Part shown: positions 1 through 9,999 of the stretch, one piece after another
Numbering within the stretch: the stretch's first letter is position 1
Layout of the letters: each line of letters starts with the position of its first letter
Assembly (NCBI GenBank): GCA_958296045.1
Contig: CATQHT010000001.1
Span: 773,395 to 837,394, forward strand
Direction: 5' to 3'
DNA length: 64,000 nucleotides
Source of the DNA: Rhodothermales bacterium
Lineage (GTDB): Bacteria; Bacteroidota; Rhodothermia; Rhodothermales; Bin80
Made by a program: the position numbers and the translations under genes
Notes under the pieces: model-generated
Databases searched by the model: none
The model's input: the letters and a program-made list of their open reading frames with translations, nothing else
Told to the model about the DNA's origin: nothing

Positions 1-274
1 ATCCCCACCTAGTGCCGGCTGTGGCTGGGCGGGGCCATTGGCTGGCATGCAGGCTGGCCCATGGGTCTCCATGTCGCGGCTCAAGCAATGCTACCATTTG
101 CAGCCGTCGACTCACGGAGGATGGCCTGCTCTTCTGGGGTCCTGCCCCGAGCCAGCGCACGCATGGGTGGCGGCGGCGCCAGAAGGTGGCGGCGGCTGCG
201 TAGCCTCGCTAAAGAGGCATGAGCCGCAGCATGAATAACGCTTCGTTTGTCGGCATCAGGCCCGAACCAGTGCT

Positions 275-3034
275 ATGAAAGCCATGCGCGGCTGCCGGCT
301 GATTGCCCTTATGTTGAGTTTAGCGTGGGCACCATCCGCCCTCGGGCAAGGCAAGGTCGCAGGCCACGTTCAGGACCGTTCCACCGGAGAAGGACTGATT
401 GGAGTCACGGTCCTGATTGACGGCAGCACGCGTGGGACCATCACGGACGCCGACGGCAATTATGTGCTGCTCAACATGCGTCCAGGCAAGCACACGCTTG
501 TGTTTAGCTATGTGGGCTATGCAACCCAGCGTATCACCGATATCGCCGTTGCTACAGGACAGACTACAAGGATCGATGTCCGTCTGGCGGAATCAGTGAT
601 CGAGCAGGAAGAGATTATCGTCCAGGCCGAGCGCCCGCTCGTACAGAAGGACCTGACGGCATCCAAGAAGACGGTGGTCGCCGAAGAGATTGACGCTCTG
701 CCGGTAGAAAGCCTCTTCGGCGTGCTGGCCACGCAGGCCGGTGTCACCACTGGAGCCAGCGGCGAACTCCATGTCCGCGGCGGACGCAGCAATGAGATAT
801 CCTACCTGGTGGACGGCTTAGCGGTCAGCAACCCATTTAACACCAATGGCATCGCTACGCGGGTAGCCATCGACGCTATTGAGGAAATGACGGTTATATC
901 CGGCGCCTTTAATGCGGAATACGGCAAAGCGATGTCGGCGGTGGTGAACCTTGTCACAAAGGAAGGCGGAGACCGGTATGACGGGTCCGTCAGCGTGTAC
1001 GGCGGCGACTTTCTGACCGACAGCGAAGACCTGTTCTTTCTGCCGTCAGGCGTGGACCTCAACTCGCGGACGCTGGAAGGGTCACTAAGCGGGCCGTTGC
1101 CCTTGGGCTCTCGGATGCGCTTTCTGATGTCTGGGCGATATGATCGCGACCAGGGCCACCTGTACGGCATCCGCCAGCACCTACCGTCGGACTCGGCCAA
1201 CTTCAATGGGCCCTTCTGGTATTACGAAATCCACGGTAGTCCTTGGTGGGCCTATGTGGATTCCGCCGTGACGTTGCCTGATGGCTCGGTGGTCGGTGGG
1301 GACGGTCTGCCGCTGCCCGATGAACGCGTGCCCATGAGTCCGAGCATGCGCATGAATGTGCTGGGCAAGCTGAGCCTGCGGCCGTCACGAGAGACGCAGC
1401 TAGAATACTCCTACCTGATTGACCACAGCCGGCGCAAATCGTTCTCGTTCGGCTACCGGTTCAACCCTGACGGGACCGCTACGCAACGGCGTAGCAACCA
1501 GAATCACAGCCTTCACTGGACGCATACCGTTAGCGAGCGCGCTTTCTATACCGTCAAGTTGTCGTGGGCGCTCAGCCGATACATGAACTATCTTTACGAG
1601 GATCCTTTGGACCCGCGCTACGTGAAGGATGTCGGCGGCTTGGGCGGCGGCAACGTGACCGGCTTTCCGGGCAACAATTTCCTGTTTGGCGGCAATCAGA
1701 AGGCGCACATCTACGAAGACTCGGGTTCGCTGCGCGCTAAGGCTGACTACACGCATCAGATCGGGATCACCCACGAGCTGAAGGCGGGCGTTGAGGTGCA
1801 GAGCCACAGCCTGAGCCGACAGAACTTTGTCGTGCTCTACGACGGCAATCAGTACCTCGCACCTACCGTGGCGCCGGTAGCTAACCCGTCGCATGACCGG
1901 TACGACGATCAGCGCGTTCTCGAGTTGAGCGTGTACGCGCAGGATAAGCTCGAATTTGACGACTTTATCATTAACGCGGGGTTGCGCTTTGAGCGTTTTG
2001 ACCCGAACGGGCAGTATATCCCTAACCTGTTTGAGCCTACAGGAGAGCTTGGCCAGGCCCAGGTCAAGAACATGGTGCTTCCCCGCCTGGGTGTGTCGTT
2101 TCCTATCACAGAGCGCGGCATCATCCACTTCTCATACGGGCACTTTGCGCAGATGCCGTCGTTGCGCAACCTGTATGTCAACCCCGAATTCGAGTTTCCC
2201 AAGGGTAGAGCGCCTACGTTCGGTAACACCAACCTGCGTCCAGAGCGGACCATCCAGTACGAGATAGGCCTGCAGCAACAGATGGGCGAGCTGCTCGCCG
2301 TGCACATGACCGGGTACTTTAAGGATATCCGCGATTATATGGCACTGCAGCTTGTCCGTTATTCCACCATTGCTGGGGAAGACCTGTTCAACATCTATCT
2401 GAACAAGGCCTATGCGAATGTCACCGGACTGACCGTGGCTCTGACCCGCAGACGCAGTCGTACGGGCTTGGTATCGGCCACGGTTGACTACACGTTTCAG
2501 ATCGCCGAAGGCAGCGATGATGACGCGAACCGGTTCTTTTTCAATCGCCTCTCAGGTCGCGAAAATGAATTAGAGGTGGTCCCCCTGCCCTTTGACCAGC
2601 GCCATGTGCTTTCCTCTACGGTCACGATCGCACGAGCGGGAGACTGGAGCGTAGCCTTTAACGGCCAGTTTGCTACGGGCTACCCGTATTCGCCTCTAAT
2701 CCTGGATCAGAATGTGGACCTACCCACGCGCAGCGGCCGCAAGCCCTCCAAGCTCAGGGTCGACCTGCACGCATACAAAGAGTTTACGCCGGGTCCGCTG
2801 CGGTTGCGCGTCTTTGCCAAAGTGTTTAATGTGCTCGACCGACGCAACGAGAACTTCGTGTTTAATGACACCGGGCGGGCCACCTATTCACTTGCGGCGC
2901 AGCGCAACCTGCACGCCACATGGGAGCCGAACTATGACCTGCCGGGCATTCACACGCTGACGGAGTATAACACACGTCCGCACTGGTTCACCAGTCCGCG
3001 GCATGTGAAGGTAGGCGTCACCCTGTCGTTCTGA
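275..3034 (+). CDS. TonB-dependent outer-membrane receptor with N-terminal carboxypeptidase-regulatory-like domain
   Basis: 919-aa ORF with a signal peptide (LSLAWAPSALG). The N-terminal beta-sandwich 'GHVQD..GEGLIGVTVLIDGSTRGTITDADGNYVLLNMRPGKHTLVFSYVGY' is typical of CarbopepD_reg-type TBDRs. It has a plug-like segment and a long beta-barrel ending in an aromatic residue (...GVTLSF). Confidence 0.85.
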   Translation: MKAMRGCRLIALMLSLAWAPSALGQGKVAGHVQDRSTGEGLIGVTVLIDGSTRGTITDADGNYVLLNMRPGKHTLVFSYVGYATQRITDIAVATGQTTRIDVRLAESVIEQEEIIVQAERPLVQKDLTASKKTVVAEEIDALPVESLFGVLATQAGVTTGASGELHVRGGRSNEISYLVDGLAVSNPFNTNGIATRVAIDAIEEMTVISGAFNAEYGKAMSAVVNLVTKEGGDRYDGSVSVYGGDFLTDSEDLFFLPSGVDLNSRTLEGSLSGPLPLGSRMRFLMSGRYDRDQGHLYGIRQHLPSDSANFNGPFWYYEIHGSPWWAYVDSAVTLPDGSVVGGDGLPLPDERVPMSPSMRMNVLGKLSLRPSRETQLEYSYLIDHSRRKSFSFGYRFNPDGTATQRRSNQNHSLHWTHTVSERAFYTVKLSWALSRYMNYLYEDPLDPRYVKDVGGLGGGNVTGFPGNNFLFGGNQKAHIYEDSGSLRAKADYTHQIGITHELKAGVEVQSHSLSRQNFVVLYDGNQYLAPTVAPVANPSHDRYDDQRVLELSVYAQDKLEFDDFIINAGLRFERFDPNGQYIPNLFEPTGELGQAQVKNMVLPRLGVSFPITERGIIHFSYGHFAQMPSLRNLYVNPEFEFPKGRAPTFGNTNLRPERTIQYEIGLQQQMGELLAVHMTGYFKDIRDYMALQLVRYSTIAGEDLFNIYLNKAYANVTGLTVALTRRRSRTGLVSATVDYTFQIAEGSDDDANRFFFNRLSGRENELEVVPLPFDQRHVLSSTVTIARAGDWSVAFNGQFATGYPYSPLILDQNVDLPTRSGRKPSKLRVDLHAYKEFTPGPLRLRVFAKVFNVLDRRNENFVFNDTGRATYSLAAQRNLHATWEPNYDLPGIHTLTEYNTRPHWFTSPRHVKVGVTLSF

Positions 3035-3039
3035 CTGCG

Positions 3040-6000
3040 ATGGCAAAGAGCTTCATTACTGCTACGCTTACGACGGCGGTGCTTTTGGGTGCCACTGGGT
3101 CTGCCAGTGCGCAGCTCTTACGCGAACGTGGTTGGGACCCCATGGACGTGCGCCAGTGGTTAGATGCTCTGGGGCGATTTCCGATGAGTGCGGCCTCTAG
3201 CGCAGATTGCGGCGTCGATATCACCAACCGGCGGGACGCGATCTTGAATGGCAATCGCATCACCACGCAGATTTTCAACTTCGGGTCCATCTCGGCGCCT
3301 GGCAACACCATCACGGACATCGTTTGGAACGGGCTTGGCTACGGCTACGAGTTTGGTCCCCTCGTAGCGGCGGAAATTGTCGACACGTACCGAGAAGACG
3401 GGCGGGCACGAGATCCGCAAAGCGTGCCGCTAGATGACGACCAGGGTCGGCCGGTACGCGATGACCAGGGGCGCCAGGTCTACGTGATGCGCATAGTGTC
3501 TGACGGTCTGGTGTCCAACGGTGGCGAGATTTCGCCGGACGGCTCCACGTACTGGGGCTGGCAGCCGGTGCCGTGTGCGGAGCCTGTCGGCAGCTTCGAG
3601 GGGCTGGAAGTGGTAGATCCAGATTCGGACAAGATCCCCACCAATGATGCGCCCGACGACAACCTGGACGGCAAGCCGGATTCGTGGCCTGCGGCGTGGT
3701 ATAGCGAAACGCTTGAGCGGTATGTATGGCCTGGCGCTCTGCAGCAGGGAGCCTCCAACGCGGACAAGGAGACGCTGTACTTTATGAACGACTACACCAA
3801 CAGCGAATTCAGCTATTGGCCAGTACCGTCAGACAGCTCCAAACGAGGGTTGGGTCTGGAGGTGGAAGTGCGGCTGTATCAGTGGGCGAACCCGCTGGCG
3901 GAGGACGTCATATTTCTCATTTACAAGATTTCCAACAAGAGCGAGAAGGATCTGGAAAAGGTCATCTTCGGGATGTGGGGTGACCCCCATGTCGGTGGCC
4001 CGCGCGACTGGGCGGACGACCTGGCCTACTATGATGAGGCGCTCAACATGGTGTTTGCCTGGGATGATGATGGCCGCTCAGATATAGCAGGCAGGGTTCC
4101 TGGGTATTTCGGGTACAAGTTTCTGGAGAGTCCGGGCGTGGATGATGACGGCATCGACAACGATGGCGACGGGCTGATCGATGAGTCGTGGACGGATGGG
4201 ATAGATAATGATGGCGACTGGGATCCTAATCGCGACGATGTAGGCATCGACGGCATTCCCGGTACCGGTGACACAGGCGAGGGAGACGGCTTACCGACGG
4301 CCGGATCCCAGTTTGACATCACCAAGCCGGGCGAACCCAACTTTGAGTTCACCGACATTGACGAGAGCGACCAATTCGGGCTGACCTCGTTTGCTTCCCC
4401 TCCGTTTGCTGGCAATCGGGTGTCCAACGATGCCCGACTGTGGGATCTGGTCACGCCGGGGCGCTTTGACGAGGTGCCAGCGGAGCCAGGCGATTACGTC
4501 TTTCTGTACGGGTCAGGCTCATTTCGGCTGCGCGCGGGAGACACCAAGCGGTTTTCTATCGCGCTGATTTTGGGTGAGAACCGGGAGGACCTGCGCCTGA
4601 ACGCCCAGATCGCACAGCAGATCTACGATGTGGGCTACGTGTTTGCCAAGCCTCCTGACAAGCCCACGCTGCGCGTGGCTCCAGGGGATCGCAAAATCAC
4701 GCTGTACTGGGACGATGTGGCAGAGCGGTCTGTGGATCCGCTGACGCGCGAACAGGACTTTGAGGGTTATGTGCTTTTCCGGTCCACGGACCACGAGTTT
4801 TCTGACCAGCAGACCATCACCGACATCAATGGGAGTCGGTTCCTGTTTGCGCCCCACAAGACGGTGCAGGGGGTGGATGTCCGATATGACCTGGACAATG
4901 GCATCAAGGGTGTCTCACAGATTCCCTTCCCAGGCCGGGGCGTGGCATATGACCTTGGGGATGACACGGGTTTGTTTCACACGTTTGTGGACTCCAACAA
5001 CGTCATCAACGGACAGACATACTATTACGCGCTTGCTGCCTATGATCGCGGCTTCGCGGGCGATGCCGGAAATGCGTTTACCAACGGGATTCCGCCAAGC
5101 GAAACCAGCAAGACCATCACATTTGATCCGACTACGGACACCTACATCTTTGACTTAAACACGACCCGAGCGATAGCTAGGCCTCGTGTGGCTGGCTACG
5201 TCGCGCCTGCTGCGCTGGGCGACTCTGGATTGGTGCACCAGGAGGGACATGCCACCGGCTTGCTTCGGATCGACGTGGTTGATGAGTTGGCGGTGCTAGA
5301 TGGTCAACCCTACCGGGTGACGTTTGAACCCATCGGCTCGCAGTTGACCTATTCAGTGATCAACGAGGGACCGGTCACAGCCATCCTGACTGCGGCACCG
5401 GGCAAGAGCCAGACCACCACTTACCGCAATCTGCTGCCTAGTTCTGTAGAGGTGCGAACAGCGGACGGGCGCTTGCTCGCTTTGGGCATCGACTATGTCG
5501 TCAATGCGGCGCTGGGCACGATAAACCTCAATCCGTCAGCAGGGGTGCTCGCCGGGGCCATACTAACGGCGACGTTTGCCTATGCGCCCGTCTTCGAGAG
5601 CACTCTGTTTGCGGGTGAGGAAGGGAATCTGGTGTTCGAAGGGCTGCACGTATTCGTCACCGACGACGAGTTGGAGATCAATAGTGCGGATACCGGATGG
5701 AATTCGGACGATCTGGAAATCAGTTACGAAATCTTTGTGGCCACGGCGGGACCAGGTCGCGTTCCGCAGCCATCCGACTATGTGATCCGCTTCGCGGACA
5801 GCCCCATCGGGACCAGCTTTAGCAACAACGTGCCCATCCCTTTCGAGGTGATCAACCTTACGGCGGCCAACCTGCCAATTGAGGCCTTCAGCCCCGACTT
5901 TGACCGAGATGACGAGTGGGATGTGGATGAGCCGATCGTCTTTCTGGAGATGCTTGAGGGCGTGCTAACGTCAACTTGGGAGGTGAGGCTAGAGGATGTG

Positions 6001-6438
6001 GGACTCATGCCCGGCGAAGGCGACGACTTCTATCTGATGACCTTCAAGCCGTTTGCGAGCCGCGATGTGTTTCGGTTTCGAACACGTGCAGCGGGTACGG
6101 ATGCCACGTTGGCGGAGCAGGAGCTGCAGGACATCTATGTGGTGCCCAACCCCTATGTGGCCACTTCTGCTTTTGAGCCTCGCAACCCCATATCGAGGAC
6201 GGAGCGTGGCGAGCGGCGGCTGTATTTTGCTGGTGTACCCAGGCAGTGCACCATTCGGATATACACGCTGGCTGGAGAACTCGTAGAGACGTTGTACCAT
6301 AACAGTTCGCTCGATGACGGCAAGGTGTTCTGGGATCTGCGCACCAAGGACAACATGAACCTTGCCTACGGTCTGTACCTGTTCCATGTGGATAGTCCAG
6401 AAGGCACCTTTGTCGGTAAGTTCGCGGTGATCAAATGA
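3040..6438 (+). CDS. Large secreted protein with Asp-rich Ca-binding-like repeats, FN3-like domain and T9SS/FlgD-Ig-like C-terminal domain
   Basis: 1132-aa ORF starting 6 nt after the TBDR stop, with a signal peptide (..GATGSASAQ). It has the repeat 'DDDGIDNDGDGLIDESWTDGIDNDGDWDPNRDD' and an FN3-like 'KPTLRVAPGDRKITLYWDD..FEGYVLFRS'. The C-terminus 'VVPNPY...IRIYTLAGELVETL...GLYLFHVD...GKFAVIK' resembles a sorting domain. Confidence 0.6.
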   Translation: MAKSFITATLTTAVLLGATGSASAQLLRERGWDPMDVRQWLDALGRFPMSAASSADCGVDITNRRDAILNGNRITTQIFNFGSISAPGNTITDIVWNGLGYGYEFGPLVAAEIVDTYREDGRARDPQSVPLDDDQGRPVRDDQGRQVYVMRIVSDGLVSNGGEISPDGSTYWGWQPVPCAEPVGSFEGLEVVDPDSDKIPTNDAPDDNLDGKPDSWPAAWYSETLERYVWPGALQQGASNADKETLYFMNDYTNSEFSYWPVPSDSSKRGLGLEVEVRLYQWANPLAEDVIFLIYKISNKSEKDLEKVIFGMWGDPHVGGPRDWADDLAYYDEALNMVFAWDDDGRSDIAGRVPGYFGYKFLESPGVDDDGIDNDGDGLIDESWTDGIDNDGDWDPNRDDVGIDGIPGTGDTGEGDGLPTAGSQFDITKPGEPNFEFTDIDESDQFGLTSFASPPFAGNRVSNDARLWDLVTPGRFDEVPAEPGDYVFLYGSGSFRLRAGDTKRFSIALILGENREDLRLNAQIAQQIYDVGYVFAKPPDKPTLRVAPGDRKITLYWDDVAERSVDPLTREQDFEGYVLFRSTDHEFSDQQTITDINGSRFLFAPHKTVQGVDVRYDLDNGIKGVSQIPFPGRGVAYDLGDDTGLFHTFVDSNNVINGQTYYYALAAYDRGFAGDAGNAFTNGIPPSETSKTITFDPTTDTYIFDLNTTRAIARPRVAGYVAPAALGDSGLVHQEGHATGLLRIDVVDELAVLDGQPYRVTFEPIGSQLTYSVINEGPVTAILTAAPGKSQTTTYRNLLPSSVEVRTADGRLLALGIDYVVNAALGTINLNPSAGVLAGAILTATFAYAPVFESTLFAGEEGNLVFEGLHVFVTDDELEINSADTGWNSDDLEISYEIFVATAGPGRVPQPSDYVIRFADSPIGTSFSNNVPIPFEVINLTAANLPIEAFSPDFDRDDEWDVDEPIVFLEMLEGVLTSTWEVRLEDVGLMPGEGDDFYLMTFKPFASRDVFRFRTRAAGTDATLAEQELQDIYVVPNPYVATSAFEPRNPISRTERGERRLYFAGVPRQCTIRIYTLAGELVETLYHNSSLDDGKVFWDLRTKDNMNLAYGLYLFHVDSPEGTFVGKFAVIK

Positions 6439-7526
6439 CCTGCCGCCATAAATCCGCTTTTGGCGGTGGTCGCCTCGCTTTGGTGCCAGCGCTGACAGTT
6501 GCGATGATGGCTGCCGCCATCCTTGCGATGCCCGCTCATGGCCAGGACGACCCGGCCACGCCCGACGCTAGCACGATCACTCGCGTAGGCACTACGGCTG
6601 CGCAGTTTCTCAAGCTCGGCGTCGGCGCCCGCGCCATTGCGCTGGGAGGCGCATACGTGGCAGAAAGCAGCGACCTGTCGTCGCTGTACTGGAATCCCGC
6701 CGGACTGGCTAGGCTGAGCGGCCACAATGTGCAGCTCAATGCCACGCGCTATCTCGCTGACGTGGAATACAATATGGCTGCCTTCGGCACCATCGTACCG
6801 GGCATTGGGAGCGTTGGACTTTCGCTGCTCCTTCTAGACTCTGGCGACATGGCTGTGCGCACCGAATCCGACCCAGAGGGCACTGGCGAGCAGTTCAAGG
6901 TGCAGAGCTTTGCTATCCAGGCCACGTTTGCCCGAAACCTCACGGATCGTTTTTCTATCGGTGGATCGCTGAAATACATACAGGAGCGTATCTGGCACAG
7001 CACCGCTTCTGCCATCGCCATCGATGTCGGGACCCTATTCACGACGCCGTTTGACGGGCTGCGCCTAGGGGCCAGCATGTCAAATCTGGGACCGAAGATG
7101 CGCATGGACGGGCGCGACATTCTGTTCAGCGAGGATCCGAGTCCCAACACGCAGGGAACGGCGGAAATCATCAATGCGCAGTACCGCATGGATGCCCATC
7201 CGCTGCCGCTGTTGTTTCGCGTAGGGGTGGCGTGGGATGCGTACGATACCGGAACGCATCGGCTTCTGGTGTCCACGGATGCGGCGCATCCGAACGACAA
7301 TGCGGAGTATATCAATGCAGGCTTCGAATACAGTTTCCGCGACCTTATTGCCTTCCGAGTCGGTTACCGCAACCTCTTTGAGCCAGACACAGAGCAAGGG
7401 CTCACCGCTGGTGCCAGCCTTCAGCTTCAGGTAGACCGGTCGCTGCGCACCAGCTTAGACTATGCGTACGCGGACTTTGGCCGTCTGACTGAGACGCACT
7501 GGTTTACCGTCAATCTATCGTTCTGA
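6435..7526 (+). CDS. PorV/PorQ-family outer-membrane beta-barrel protein (T9SS shuttle-like paralog)
   Basis: 363 aa. The start overlaps the upstream stop (ATGA at 6435-6438). It has a signal peptide, the PorV/LptO-type motif 'GARAIALGGAYVAESSDLSSLYWNPAGLA', and ends ...TVNLSF. Confidence 0.75.
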   Translation: MTCRHKSAFGGGRLALVPALTVAMMAAAILAMPAHGQDDPATPDASTITRVGTTAAQFLKLGVGARAIALGGAYVAESSDLSSLYWNPAGLARLSGHNVQLNATRYLADVEYNMAAFGTIVPGIGSVGLSLLLLDSGDMAVRTESDPEGTGEQFKVQSFAIQATFARNLTDRFSIGGSLKYIQERIWHSTASAIAIDVGTLFTTPFDGLRLGASMSNLGPKMRMDGRDILFSEDPSPNTQGTAEIINAQYRMDAHPLPLLFRVGVAWDAYDTGTHRLLVSTDAAHPNDNAEYINAGFEYSFRDLIAFRVGYRNLFEPDTEQGLTAGASLQLQVDRSLRTSLDYAYADFGRLTETHWFTVNLSF

Positions 7527-7529
7527 CGC

Positions 7530-9152
7530 GTGCGGCGGCTACTCTTTGTGCTTGCAGCATTCGTATGGGCGCCGTCTGTGGCAGGTCAGCTTGTAGCGGA
7601 CATGATTGATGCGCCGGTTGCTGTGACGGCGCCTGTGTTGCAAGTGGACGGTGCGGCCCGCGTCATCGCCATCGAGAGTTCAGGAGCGCTTTCGCCGTTC
7701 ACAGGCATCGCGCTCCAGGGTACTGCCACTGGAGACTCATTGCATGGCCAGGTACGGTTTGAGTCGGCAGTGGGTGCTGGCTGGAGCGCATGGGCACCGC
7801 TGTATATCGTGCGATCGTACACGGATGCTGCATTCCTGGCTGCGTACCGCAGCGACGAGGTGCATACCGCTCTTCGCTTTGAGCTCCGTTTTGAGCTCTC
7901 TGCCAAAGGAACGGTGGAGATTATTCAGGCGGGGACGTTTCTCGATGAGGCGCCATCGCCGCCACCGGACGCGGCGCCAAGAGGTGGGCAGGCGAGCGAT
8001 TACAAGATTATGGCCCCCGACCTGCATGATCGTGCGGAATGGGGCGCGGAGCCCTTCCGGGGCACCCCGCAGCCGCTTGCCCAGCCGGATTACTTGCGCA
8101 TGACGCTGCACCATACCGCGGGGTTTGCTGCGGTGACGCTGACCGAGGGTCTGGAGCAGGTGAAGCGAATCCAGGATTTTCACCAGAACGGCCGCGGCTG
8201 GAGCGACATTGGCTACCACTACTTGATGGACCAAGAGGGTCGGCTGTACCAGGGGCGTCCATGGCTTAACCCGAGCGCGCCGTTTGATCAGGGGCCACCG
8301 TTGGCTTTGGGCGCACATGTGGGTGGCAACAATACGGGCAACATTGGCGTGTCGCTCATGGGATGTTACCATCCTCCAGAAGGGTCCGACTGCCAGGATG
8401 AGATGACCGTAGCTGCGGTGGATTCTCTCGTGGCCTCGTACGCATACCTCTCCGAGCGGTACGGCGTTAATCCAGATGCTCTGCGCGGCCATCGCGACTT
8501 CAGCAGTACCGCCTGCCCGGGTGACAACAATTACGGGATGCTGGATTCATTCCGTGAAGACATTGCGGACCTTCTCATCACCGGTAACGCGGCCTTGGGC
8601 ACCGCTGCGCTGTCGGCCATTGCGGATACCTCGGGCGTAGTCGCGCTGCGGTGGCGTTTTCTGACTGACCTGGGCATCGATACCTTTACCATATGGCGTG
8701 ACGGACTTGGTGGGCGTTCGCCCATCGTGGTTCGCCGTGGCGCCGTCGATGGAACCTGGGTGGACACAGCGGTGAAGCGTCCTGGTGCGTTGACGTACAG
8801 TCTGGTGGCACGAGGTTCGCACAGGCGGGAACAGATCCTCAGCACGGCGACGGTGGAGGTACGTGGGCACGCGGCTATTCATTTGGCACATAGCTTCCCC
8901 AATCCTGCTTCGGCAAGCACCACCATCCGGTACTTTCTTGCGCAGGCCGGCATCGTGACGCTGGAGGTGTTTGATGCGGCAGGCCGCCGAGTGGCCAGTT
9001 TGGTGGAGGCGTACAGAGATAAGGACTTGTGGTACTCTGTTGTGTTGAATACGCGTGGGTTGGCACCTGGCACATACTACTATCAGCTGCGCGTCGAGGG
9101 GTTTGCGGACACGATCTATCAGGCAGCCGCGCCGCTGGTCGTTGCGAGGTAG
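7530..9152 (+). CDS. N-acetylmuramoyl-L-alanine amidase (amidase_2/PGRP fold) with T9SS C-terminal sorting domain
   Basis: 540 aa with a GTG start. Motifs: 'LHHTAG', 'GWSDIGYHYLMDQEGRLYQGR', 'GAHVGGNNTGNIGVSLMG', 'GHRDF..TACPG'. The C-terminus 'FPNPASASTTIRY..VTLEVFDAAGRRV..GTYYYQLRV' is a T9SS CTD. Confidence 0.8.
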   Translation: MRRLLFVLAAFVWAPSVAGQLVADMIDAPVAVTAPVLQVDGAARVIAIESSGALSPFTGIALQGTATGDSLHGQVRFESAVGAGWSAWAPLYIVRSYTDAAFLAAYRSDEVHTALRFELRFELSAKGTVEIIQAGTFLDEAPSPPPDAAPRGGQASDYKIMAPDLHDRAEWGAEPFRGTPQPLAQPDYLRMTLHHTAGFAAVTLTEGLEQVKRIQDFHQNGRGWSDIGYHYLMDQEGRLYQGRPWLNPSAPFDQGPPLALGAHVGGNNTGNIGVSLMGCYHPPEGSDCQDEMTVAAVDSLVASYAYLSERYGVNPDALRGHRDFSSTACPGDNNYGMLDSFREDIADLLITGNAALGTAALSAIADTSGVVALRWRFLTDLGIDTFTIWRDGLGGRSPIVVRRGAVDGTWVDTAVKRPGALTYSLVARGSHRREQILSTATVEVRGHAAIHLAHSFPNPASASTTIRYFLAQAGIVTLEVFDAAGRRVASLVEAYRDKDLWYSVVLNTRGLAPGTYYYQLRVEGFADTIYQAAAPLVVAR

Positions 9153-9999
9153 GCGGAGAATGCCCACGGCGGCGTGCAGATTCAGAAGCCGTGCCGTCCG
9201 AACCTACACGGCCCCTATTGCGCTCACGTTGATTCAATCGCCAACACAATTTCAAACCGTTAGAGCCTCTAAGTGGCACAATTGGCTGATCCAAACATCT
9301 ATCTGAGGTGCGTGGCATGCTGGGGGCGAGCACGCCGTTTCCCTTCAGATTCTGATAGTACCGAGAGCATTGCATGCGACCTGTGCAAGAAAAGCATCGT
9401 AGGGGTTGCGGCGCGGCAGGAATTCGACAAGATCCTGCGGGAAGGTGAGCGCAATGACGTACGTATCGCCCAAGGGAAGCCATCAACGTATCGCGCTGAT
9501 GCTCACTTTGTGGCAAAGGTAATCCTTGCCTATTCCGATCCACTGCGCCACCAATTCCGGCTTCAAGCGCGCCACCCTACGTCTTGTGTTCAGCGACAAT
9601 TAGAATTGCGGTTGGCGACAACTAGAATTGAGGGGGAACGAATCGGTGCGACGCGTATGTATGGGCAGGATTGTTCACCTGTCAACATGCATTCAACATG
9701 GTTACCGATCAGCAAGTCAAGCTCCTGTTATGCCGCTCTTGCGGACCTTCGCCGCACGAAGACTCGGTTGAAGGTAGGCCGACACGATCTGGACGGCCGG
9801 TGTTAAACGTAAAGGATTGTGTTCCTCTACGATGAGAGCTGTCACAACCTGATCCAGCTTTGAATGGGCTGCTTGGTACTTGTTTGGGTTCAAGTCCTCG
9901 TAATCCCCTAATTCGCGCCCACGAGGAAGAAGCACCTGTCGATGGTACACTGAGGATTGCGGGCAAGCGCTGTGTCGATCCCTCGCACTGGTGATTTCG

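Noticed and set aside
12-238. Two overlapping 63-66-aa ORFs at the left edge.
   Set aside because: They are Arg/Gly/Ala-rich with no motifs and lie in the likely promoter/leader region of the TBDR gene.
1400-2128. Long antisense or alternative-frame ORFs inside large genes, e.g. 1400-2128(-), 7737-8492(-), 10477-11412(+), 25931-26815(+), 36923-37738(-), 41307-42176(+), 59633-60376(-).
   Set aside because: They overlap ORFs that have clear family motifs. Their composition is Arg/Pro/Ala-rich and low in complexity, as expected from stop-poor frames in high-GC DNA. No motifs were recognised.
9870-9900. tRNA-like T-arm ('gggttcaagtcctcg').
   Set aside because: The flanking bases do not form a 5-bp T-stem, and no acceptor or anticodon arms could be built. 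It is not a tRNA.
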